Shown: one piece after another, positions 9,971 through 17,487 of the stretch
Position numbering within the stretch: position 1 is the first letter of the stretch
Layout of the letters: every line of letters starts with the position of its first letter
From: Cedecea selenatireducens
GTDB lineage: Bacteria > Pseudomonadota > Gammaproteobacteria > Enterobacterales > Enterobacteriaceae
Direction: 5' to 3'
Assembly: GCF_042138895.1 (NCBI RefSeq)
Contig: NZ_JBHIKW010000013.1
Location: forward strand, 54,007 to 94,006
Length of the DNA stretch: 40,000 nucleotides
Made by a program: the position numbers and the translations under genes
The notes under the pieces: generated by a model
Databases searched by the model: none
The model's input: the letters and a program-made list of their open reading frames with translations, nothing else
Told to the model about the DNA's origin: nothing

Positions 9971-12001
9971 ATGAAACGGTTCTCCCTCTGTCTTTTACTC
10001 ACGCCTTACCTCGCTTACGCAGGCTGGACCGCACCGGGACTTCCTGCTTTTCAGGAAACGGGTCCGGGCCAGTTCATCAGCACCGCTCATCTGGCCAAAG
10101 GCTCGCTGCCGCTTAATCTGAAGCTAGATAACCAATGCTGGCAGCCTGCAGAAACCATCAAGCTTAATCAGGCTCTTTCACTCAGGCCGTGCTCAGGCGA
10201 TGCGCCTGCGTGGCGACTTTTCCGAGCCGGAGAATACCAGGCACAGATAGATACCCGCAGCGGTACCCCCACGCTGATGCTCAGCATTAAGCCCGAGGCC
10301 AGCAGCCAGCCTCAACAGACGGTGGCGCAGTGCCCTAAATGGGATGGAAAGCCACTCACCGTCGACGTTAGCAGTACTTTCCCGGAAGGTTCACTGGTGC
10401 GTGATTTCTACAGCGGAGGCACGGCAAAAGTTGAGCAAGGCCATATCACGCTGATGCCTGCCGCCGGAAGCGACGGTTTATTGCTGCTGGAATCCGCAGC
10501 CGTAGAAAAACCAGCGCCGTTTAGCTGGCACAATGCGACGGTCTACTTCGTTCTGACCGATCGTTTTGAAAACGGCAACCCTGCAAACGATAGCAGCTAT
10601 GGCCGCCACAAAGACGGAATGCAGGAGATAGGCACCTTCCACGGAGGCGACCTCGCGGGGCTCACCAACAGGCTGGATTACCTGCAGCAGCTTGGTGTTA
10701 ACACGCTCTGGATAAGCTCCCCGCTGGAGCAAATTCACGGCTGGGTGGGCGGCGGCACCAAAGGCGACTTCCCACACTACGCCTACCACGGTTACTACAC
10801 CCTGGACTGGACGAAGCTTGACGCCAACATGGGTAACGAAGCCGAGCTCCGCAAACTGGTGGATGAAGCCCACAGGCGCGGGATCCGCATTCTGTTTGAC
10901 GTTGTCATGAACCACACAGGCTATGCGACGCTCGCCGACATGCAGGAGTACCAGTTTGGCGCGCTGTATCTCAAAGGGGATGAACTCAGGAAAACGCTCG
11001 ACGAGCGCTGGACTGACTGGCAGCCAGCGGCGGGCCAAAGCTGGCACAGCTTTAACGACTACATCAACTTTAGCGACAAAGCCGCGTGGGATAAGTGGTG
11101 GGGCAAGGCCTGGATCAGAACGGACATTGGCGATTACGACAACCCTGGCTTCGACGACTTAACTATGTCGCTCGCCTTCTTGCCCGATTTGAAAACCGAA
11201 GCGACCGCTCCGGCAGAACTCCCGATATTTTACCGGCACAAGCCCGATACCGCCGCGAAGGTGATACCTGGCTACACCGTTCGCGACTACCTGAGCCACT
11301 GGCTTAGCCAATGGGTACGTGACTATGGCATTGATGGTTTCAGGGTAGATACCGCAAAACACGTTGAAAAAGCGGCCTGGCAGCAATTAAAAACGCAGTC
11401 CAGCGCGGCATTAGCCGAATGGAAGCAGGCCAACCCGGACAAAAAAATCGATGATGCACCGTTCTGGATGACGGGCGAAGCCTGGGGCCACGGCGTGATG
11501 AAAAGCGATTACTACGCGAACGGCTTCGACGCGATGATCAACTTCGACTACCAGGAGCAGGCGGCCAAAGCGGTGGAATGCCTGGCCACGATTGCCCCTA
11601 CATGGCAACAAATGTCGGACAAACTCCAGCAATTTAACGTGCTGAGCTACCTGTCCTCCCACGACACCCGCCTGTTCCGGGAAGGCGGACAAAAAGCGGC
11701 GGAGCTGCTGTTGCTCACGCCAGGCGCGGTACAGATTTTCTACGGCGATGAAACGCAAAGACCATTTGGCCCAACGGGGTCTGACCCGCTGCAGGGCACC
11801 CGCTCGGACATGAACTGGCCGGACGCCACAAGCAAGCAGGCCGCAACGCTTGCTCACTGGCAGAAGCTGGGCCAGTTCCGCGCCCGCCATCAGGCCATCG
11901 GCGCAGGAAAACAAACGACGTTAAGCGTCAAACAGGGCTATGCCTTTAGCCGGGTCAGCGGCAATGACAAGGTGATGGTGGTGTGGGCGGGGAATCGATA
12001 G
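9971..12001 (+). CDS. malS: periplasmic alpha-amylase
   Basis: The ORF track starts at 9932. ATG 9971 gives MKRFSLCLLLTPYLAYA (signal peptide) and a 676-aa product, the same length as E. coli MalS. Collinear throughout (…FHGGDLRGLT…GFRVDTAKHVE…). Confidence 0.93.
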   Translation: MKRFSLCLLLTPYLAYAGWTAPGLPAFQETGPGQFISTAHLAKGSLPLNLKLDNQCWQPAETIKLNQALSLRPCSGDAPAWRLFRAGEYQAQIDTRSGTPTLMLSIKPEASSQPQQTVAQCPKWDGKPLTVDVSSTFPEGSLVRDFYSGGTAKVEQGHITLMPAAGSDGLLLLESAAVEKPAPFSWHNATVYFVLTDRFENGNPANDSSYGRHKDGMQEIGTFHGGDLAGLTNRLDYLQQLGVNTLWISSPLEQIHGWVGGGTKGDFPHYAYHGYYTLDWTKLDANMGNEAELRKLVDEAHRRGIRILFDVVMNHTGYATLADMQEYQFGALYLKGDELRKTLDERWTDWQPAAGQSWHSFNDYINFSDKAAWDKWWGKAWIRTDIGDYDNPGFDDLTMSLAFLPDLKTEATAPAELPIFYRHKPDTAAKVIPGYTVRDYLSHWLSQWVRDYGIDGFRVDTAKHVEKAAWQQLKTQSSAALAEWKQANPDKKIDDAPFWMTGEAWGHGVMKSDYYANGFDAMINFDYQEQAAKAVECLATIAPTWQQMSDKLQQFNVLSYLSSHDTRLFREGGQKAAELLLLTPGAVQIFYGDETQRPFGPTGSDPLQGTRSDMNWPDATSKQAATLAHWQKLGQFRARHQAIGAGKQTTLSVKQGYAFSRVSGNDKVMVVWAGNR

Positions 12002-12017
12002 TCGTCATATCGACTAT
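11998..12017 (+). terminator. weak hairpin overlapping the malS stop (possible terminator)
   Basis: ATAGTCG-tcatat-CGACTAT, a 7-bp AT-rich stem followed only by TT. A poor intrinsic terminator, so malS transcription may read into the downstream element. Confidence 0.25.
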
Positions 12018-12031
12018 TTAAGTTCGGCTAA

Positions 12032-12606
12032 GGTTCCGTTCACTTCCAGTTCGGTTTCATATGTCACCACCGAACCGGTGAACGACTCGGGGAAGTCACC
12101 GTCACTTCCCCGAGACCCCGGACTCCCGGCCAAATAAATCGACCGCTAAAGCGGCAGACCTCCGTTTTATCTCCCAGTCCTGGGTCGGCTGAGATGCGTT
12201 CCCGACGCTCTCAGCCTCCGGCCGTTCCCGACGTCCGGACCCTGGCCAGTCGGAGAGAAAACGGAGGCGATTTAAGCCGGAACCGTGCCTCGCTTTTTGT
12301 TCCCAGCCACGCTGAACATCCCTGTCGCTTCAAGACTTACAGCCACTCCCTTGTTCCCGGCTCTTATCGCCCCCGGTTATGACCCAACTCAGGCGGGGTT
12401 GAGCTGCCGGGAGCAGCGAAAGAGAGCGATCGTCGGGAACGAATCGGGAACGACCCCGAATGTTTGGGTGATAGCCGGTGGGTTTACCGCTTTAGCGGCG
12501 ATGAGCTCGCCGGGCGCCGGGGCTGTTCGGGGGATGGCGTTATCCCCCGGACACGTTCACCGTGCGCTGAAAGTGCAGGGGAAGCAGATCTCAAGGTGAA
12601 CGGAAC
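12032..12606. repeat. non-coding inverted-duplication element: two diverged, convergent copies of a ~190-nt hairpin-rich module flanking a ~185-bp unique core (candidate structured ncRNA or MITE/foldback element)
   Basis: GTTCCGTTCAC (12033-12043) is the exact reverse complement of 12596-12606. The arms align block by block: CGGTGAACG, an 11-bp hairpin, CCCCGG, CCCGGC, CCGC-TAAA-GCGG and tandem CGTTCCCGA. There is no credible ORF. See findings. Confidence 0.6.
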
Positions 12607-12798
12607 TTCATCCGTTTTCCCATAGAAAATATCATATGAGCCAGCATCAATGATGCCGCCGCCATTCAACATATCCTGCTACACAGCACGAATCCCACAG
12701 CATATTCGCCAACAGTGGCCAGGCTTACCGGGTTTGCACGGCGTTATTTGTAGCGCTATGGTTAGCCTCTTTTCAAAAGCATTCAGCAGACCCACGTT

Positions 12799-14052
12799 AT
12801 GACGTTTTCACTTTTCGGCGACAAATTTACCCGCCATGCAGGCATTACCCGCCTGATGGAGGATCTCAACGACGGCCTGCGCACGCCCGGCGCTATCATG
12901 CTTGGCGGCGGTAACCCTGCGCAAATCCCGGCGATGAACGACTACTTCCAGCAGCTGCTTTCCGAGATGCTGGCCAGCGGCAAACTGACCGACACGCTAT
13001 GCAACTACGACGGTCCGCAGGGGAAAAGTGAACTGCTAAAATTGCTTGCCGGAATGCTGCGCGATGAATTGGGTTGGGACATCGAACCACAGAATATTGC
13101 ACTAACAAATGGCAGTCAGAGCGCGTTTTTCTACTTGTTTAACCTTTTCGCCGGACGTCATGCGGATGGCCGCACCAAAAAGGTGCTTTTCCCGCTGGCG
13201 CCGGAGTACATCGGCTACGCGGATGCCGGGCTTGAAGAAGATCTGTTTGTCTCCACTCGCCCGAACATCGAACTGCTGCCGGAAGGCCAGTTTAAGTACC
13301 ACGTTGACTTCGAACATCTGCATATCGGCGAAGATACCGGCATGATTTGCGTATCACGCCCGACTAACCCGACCGGCAACGTGATAACCGATGAAGAGCT
13401 AATGAAGCTGGACGCGCTGGCCAACCAGCACGGTATTCCGCTGGTTATCGATAACGCTTACGGCGTACCGTTCCCCGGCATTATCTTTAGCGAAGCCCGC
13501 CCGCTGTGGAACCCGAACATCATCCTGTGCATGAGCCTGTCCAAGCTCGGCCTGCCGGGCAGCCGCTGCGGAATCATTATCGCGAACGAGAAAATCATCT
13601 CCGCGATCGGCAACATGAACGGCATTATCAGCCTGGCGCCGGGCGGGATTGGCCCGGCTATGGCCTGCGAAATGATTAAGCGTAACGATCTGCTGCGCCT
13701 GTCCGAGACGGTTATCAAGCCGTTCTACTACCAGCGCGTGCATGAAACTATCGCCGTTATTCGCCGCTACCTGTCGCCGGAGCGCTGCCTGATTCACAAA
13801 CCGGAAGGCGCTATCTTCCTGTGGCTGTGGTTTAAAGACCTGCCTATCACCACCGAACTGCTGTACCAGCGCCTGAAAAAGCGCGGCGTGCTGATGGTGC
13901 CGGGCGATTACTTCTTCCCAGGCCTGGATAAGCCGTGGCCGCACACTCACCAGTGCATGCGCATGAACTATGTGCCGGAGCCAGAAAAAATTGAGGCGGG
14001 GGTGAAAATCCTGGCCGAAGAGATTGAGCGAGCCTGGGCGGAAGCCGGGTAA
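12799..14052 (+). CDS. avtA: valine-pyruvate aminotransferase (transaminase C)
   Basis: 417 aa, the same length as E. coli AvtA and collinear with it. Follows malS as in E. coli. Confidence 0.95.
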   Translation: MTFSLFGDKFTRHAGITRLMEDLNDGLRTPGAIMLGGGNPAQIPAMNDYFQQLLSEMLASGKLTDTLCNYDGPQGKSELLKLLAGMLRDELGWDIEPQNIALTNGSQSAFFYLFNLFAGRHADGRTKKVLFPLAPEYIGYADAGLEEDLFVSTRPNIELLPEGQFKYHVDFEHLHIGEDTGMICVSRPTNPTGNVITDEELMKLDALANQHGIPLVIDNAYGVPFPGIIFSEARPLWNPNIILCMSLSKLGLPGSRCGIIIANEKIISAIGNMNGIISLAPGGIGPAMACEMIKRNDLLRLSETVIKPFYYQRVHETIAVIRRYLSPERCLIHKPEGAIFLWLWFKDLPITTELLYQRLKKRGVLMVPGDYFFPGLDKPWPHTHQCMRMNYVPEPEKIEAGVKILAEEIERAWAEAG

Positions 14053-14065
14053 CGAGCAGCAATAG

Positions 14066-14094
14066 AAAACGGGGCTCAAGGCCCCGTTTTTTTA
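14066..14094. terminator. bidirectional rho-independent terminator between convergent avtA and the Ni transporter gene
   Basis: AAAACGGGGC-tcaag-GCCCCGTTTTTTT: a GC stem with a T7 run on the + strand and an A-run on the other side. Overlaps the stop codon of the - strand gene. Confidence 0.8.
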
Positions 14095-15114
14095 TCTCAC
14101 CACTAAAGCGTCGTACCCTTTCCAGCGGTAGTTCAGCATCGAAATTCCCCAGCAGGCGATAAACAGCCCGACGACGACAAATCCTGCGTTGCCGAGATTA
14201 TCGTTGAGCGCGCCAACCCACGACCAGATACCGTCCTCAAGCCCGAACTTGTCCGCCAGCAGGCCCAGCGCCTCGAGGCCGCCGATAAACAACGCCACCA
14301 CCACAGAAGTGCCGGTAATCGTCATGTTGTAGTAAAGCTTGCGCTGCGGCTTGTTGAAGGCCCAGCCGTAAGCGCCAACCATAATCACGTTGTCGAGGGT
14401 ATCCACCAGCGCCATGCCGCTGGCAAACAGCGCCGGGAACACCAGAATCGACCAGATAGACATCCCGCTGGACGCGCTGGCGGCAGAAATGCCCAGCACG
14501 CCGATTTCGGTGGCGGTATCAAAGCCCAGGCCGAACAGGAAACCAACCAGGTACATGTGCCAGCTTTTGCCGATCAGGCGGAAAACGGAGTTAAACAGCC
14601 AGCTCATCATGCCGCCGCCGGTCATTTCCGTCGCGTCTGCCGCCAGCGGCTCGCCGCGTTTAAGCTGGCGGAAGTTGCGCCACACGCCGCGTAAAATAAC
14701 GAGGTTCACCAGCGCCATCGCCAGCAGGAAGCAGGCTGAAACAGCGGTGCCGATCACGCCGCCAACGTCGTGAAACCAGTCCATTCTTTGCTGGAAGGCC
14801 GCCGCCGTGGCCGCAATAGCGACAGAAGCCAGAATCACAATGCTGGAGTGGCCCAGCGAGAACCAGGCCCCCACGCCAAACGGGCGTTTTCCCTGCTGCA
14901 TCATCTTGCGGGTCACGTTATCAATCGCGGCAATATGATCGGCATCTACCGCGTGACGCAGGCCATAACACCAGGCCAGCAGGCTGGCCGCCATCAGCGC
15001 CGAGCTGTGGTTAAACGCCACCAGCGCCCAGGCCCATGCGGCAAAGTTAGCCGCCACTAAAACCGCCAGCAGCAGGCCGGCTCGTGGATTGTCACGAAGA
15101 ACACGCATTAACAT
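14092..15114 (-). CDS. hoxN: high-affinity nickel/cobalt permease, NiCoT (HoxN/HupN/NixA) family
   Basis: 340-aa polytopic membrane protein carrying the NiCoT signatures [13 protein letters not shown] (HX4DH) and GLGFDTATE. Its start overlaps the hypF stop by 23 nt. The start could instead be 15108. Confidence 0.85.
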   Translation of the reverse strand: MLMRVLRDNPRAGLLLAVLVAANFAAWAWALVAFNHSSALMAASLLAWCYGLRHAVDADHIAAIDNVTRKMMQQGKRPFGVGAWFSLGHSSIVILASVAIAATAAAFQQRMDWFHDVGGVIGTAVSACFLLAMALVNLVILRGVWRNFRQLKRGEPLAADATEMTGGGMMSWLFNSVFRLIGKSWHMYLVGFLFGLGFDTATEIGVLGISAASASSGMSIWSILVFPALFASGMALVDTLDNVIMVGAYGWAFNKPQRKLYYNMTITGTSVVVALFIGGLEALGLLADKFGLEDGIWSWVGALNDNLGNAGFVVVGLFIACWGISMLNYRWKGYDALVVR

Positions 15115-17350
15115 CTTTTTTATCCTTGTGGTGATTCAAATAGCGGGCAGCGGCAACCACTGCCTGCCCCAGGGAAAGCGCCCCGTCGCCGGCCGGAAGC
15201 CGCATCGGGAAGAGAGTTTTAAAATCGGAGAGGTAGAACGCGAGACGCTCGCGCAGCAGACGGTTGTGCAGCACGCCGCCACAACAGGCCACGTTGGTTA
15301 CGCCGGTCAGCAACGCATGATGGCGAACCAGCTCAGCAAGCCCTTTCGCCAGCGCATCGTGGAAAGCCCAGGCCCGCGCGCCGTCCTCGACCTGCCAGCC
15401 AAACCACTGCCGCCAGAACGCCGCGAAATCGAGATGACCGTTCACCAACGGCAGCGTGACCGGATGCGAACAGGGGCCCGCCTCCAGCGCCAGCACCTCA
15501 AGGCGGCAGGCGGCTTCGCCTTCGTAGCTTTGCTGGTGGGGGGCACAGTTAAGCGCGGCGGCAACCGCATCAAACAGACGTCCGCAAGAAGAGGCCAACG
15601 GAGCGTTAACCCCGCGCGCTACGGCTCTAGCCAGCGGCTGCCAGTTCTGCGCCCTGATAGCTTCCGTTTCGGGATAGCGCTGCCAGCCGGGCACAAACGC
15701 CTCGCATTGCGCCAGCAGGTTGCGCCACGGCTGCACGGCCGCCAAATCGCCACCCGGTAGAGCCACGGCAGGCAGTCCGCCAAGGTGTACGCAGCGGCGG
15801 TAATTCACCAGCAGGCATTCCCCGCCCCAAAGCCTGCCGTCCTCGCCATAACCAATACCGTCCAGCGCGAGAGCAATCACCTTGCCGCCGTTCAGCGGCC
15901 AGCCGTGTTCGGCCAGGCAGGCCGCCGCGTGGGCGTGGTGATGCAGCACTTCGCTGACCGGCAGCGCCATTTCACGCCCCAGCTGCGAGCTGCAGTAGCC
16001 GGGGTGAGCGTCGAGCGCGACATGTTCAGCTGTAAAGCCGTAGATCTCGCTCATCAGCGCCAGCGAACGCTGCCATTGAGCCTCCACGCCTTCCTGAGCC
16101 AGATCGCCAAGGTGCTGGCTGAGCACCGCCTGCCCGCCGCGAACCAGGCAGAAGGTATTTTTAAGATCGCCGCCCAGCGCCAGAATCGGCGGCAGGTCTT
16201 TAAAACCCGCAGGCAAAGGCAGTGCATCGGGCACAAAGCCCCGTGCACGACGCAGCATTTCGCCGCTGGGGCGCACAACGGAGTCGTCCATGCGCTGAAG
16301 AATGTCGCGGTTATGCAGCAGAAAGCCGTCGGCAATAGCCTCAAGATCCTGAAGAGCCCGGGCATTATCAACAGCTGGCGGTCTGCCGTTCAGGTTTCCG
16401 GAGGTCATCACCAGCGGGCCGCCGAAGTCCTGCGCCAGCAGGTGCTGGAGGGGATTGGCGGGCAACATCACGCCGATTTCATTCCGCCCCGGCGCCACGG
16501 CAGCGCTCAGCCCATGCAGGCAGTTGCTTGCCACCAGCACTACCGGCGCAGCGGGAGTTGAAAGCAGCGCCACGGCCTGCTCGGGCAGCCCTTCGGTCGT
16601 GGCAATCATCACCGCCAGCGGTTTGGCAGGCCGCTGCTTACGCGCCCGGAGGCGTTCAACGGCGGCATCGTTACGGGCATCCACGGCAAGATGAAAACCG
16701 CCGAGGCCTTTCACCGCAACGATTTTGCCCTCGTGCAGCGCGGCAACGGCCTGTGCAAGCGCCAGCTCGCCCTCGAGTCGTTGCTCTCCCTGCTGCCAGA
16801 AAATCTGCGGCCCGCAGTCCGGGCAGGCTACCGGCTGAGCGTGAAAACGCCTGTCCATCGGGTTGCGATATTCCTCATCGCAAGCCTTACAGAGCGGAAA
16901 CGCCGCCATCACCGTGGACGGACGGTCATAAGGCATCGCGCGGATGATGGTGAAGCGCGGCCCACAGTGGGTGCAATTGATAAACGGGTAGCGGTATCTG
17001 CGGTCGGCGGGATCGTTCAGCTCACGCAGGCATTCGGGGCAGGTGGCGGCATCCGGCACGATTTGGGTGTCCATCGCGCCGCTGCCGCTGTGGCGAATGC
17101 TAAAGTCCGCAGGCAAAACGTCCCAGGTCATGGGCTGCTGCACCACGCTGTCGATGCGAGCCAGCGGCGGGCAATGTGCGTAAAGCTCGGCCAGAAACAC
17201 TTCCGGGCTGGCCGCCAGGCGAACCACAACACCTTCGCCGTCGTTGCAGACGTCGCCCACCAGCTTAAGGCGCTGTGCGATTTGCCAGACAAACGGCCGA
17301 AAGCCAACGCCCTGCACTTTGCCGCGAATGCGGAGTACGGTGCCCCTCAC
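15092..17350 (-). CDS. hypF: [NiFe]-hydrogenase maturation carbamoyltransferase
   Basis: Collinear with E. coli HypF: acylphosphatase-like [17 protein letters not shown], two CxxC zinc-finger pairs, and YrdC- and Kae1-like domains. The 799-aa track ORF (to 17491) begins inside REP-like repeats. I place the start at GTG 17350 (GGAGAGGG upstream), giving 752 aa against 750 in E. coli. The exact start is uncertain. Confidence 0.88.
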   Translation of the reverse strand: MRGTVLRIRGKVQGVGFRPFVWQIAQRLKLVGDVCNDGEGVVVRLAASPEVFLAELYAHCPPLARIDSVVQQPMTWDVLPADFSIRHSGSGAMDTQIVPDAATCPECLRELNDPADRRYRYPFINCTHCGPRFTIIRAMPYDRPSTVMAAFPLCKACDEEYRNPMDRRFHAQPVACPDCGPQIFWQQGEQRLEGELALAQAVAALHEGKIVAVKGLGGFHLAVDARNDAAVERLRARKQRPAKPLAVMIATTEGLPEQAVALLSTPAAPVVLVASNCLHGLSAAVAPGRNEIGVMLPANPLQHLLAQDFGGPLVMTSGNLNGRPPAVDNARALQDLEAIADGFLLHNRDILQRMDDSVVRPSGEMLRRARGFVPDALPLPAGFKDLPPILALGGDLKNTFCLVRGGQAVLSQHLGDLAQEGVEAQWQRSLALMSEIYGFTAEHVALDAHPGYCSSQLGREMALPVSEVLHHHAHAAACLAEHGWPLNGGKVIALALDGIGYGEDGRLWGGECLLVNYRRCVHLGGLPAVALPGGDLAAVQPWRNLLAQCEAFVPGWQRYPETEAIRAQNWQPLARAVARGVNAPLASSCGRLFDAVAAALNCAPHQQSYEGEAACRLEVLALEAGPCSHPVTLPLVNGHLDFAAFWRQWFGWQVEDGARAWAFHDALAKGLAELVRHHALLTGVTNVACCGGVLHNRLLRERLAFYLSDFKTLFPMRLPAGDGALSLGQAVVAAARYLNHHKDKKDVNACSS

Positions 17351-17482
17351 CCTAACCCTCTCCCCATAGGGGCGAGGGGACAGATCGAGTTCAACCACAG
17401 CTTCTCCCACTTCTGAACGAGGAGAGACATCAGACTCAGATCTTCCCCCTCTCCCTTCCAGGGAGAGGGCCGGGGTGAGGGT
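17343..17482. repeat. REP/REPIN-like doublet A (two inverted palindromic units)
   Basis: Unit 17343-17379 is CCCCTCACCCTAACCCTCTCCCCATAGGGGCGAGGGG. Unit 17445-17482 is the same motif in inverted orientation (CCCCCTCTCCCTTCCAGGGAGAGGGCCGGGGTGAGGGT). The same family recurs at 22590, 28490 and 37652. Confidence 0.8.
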
Positions 17483-17487
17483 AAAAA

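Noticed and set aside
12194-12672. ORFs of 62, 104 and 62 aa inside the malS-avtA element. I also considered that the element is a type I toxin-antitoxin locus (hok/sok- or ldr-like, which also show 5'-3' fold-back pairing).
   Set aside because: The frames are Arg/Pro/Ser/Gly-rich with no SD. I checked ATG-initiated short frames on both strands and found no small hydrophobic peptide of 20-60 aa. The GC-rich composition is also unlike known hok/ldr/ibs loci.
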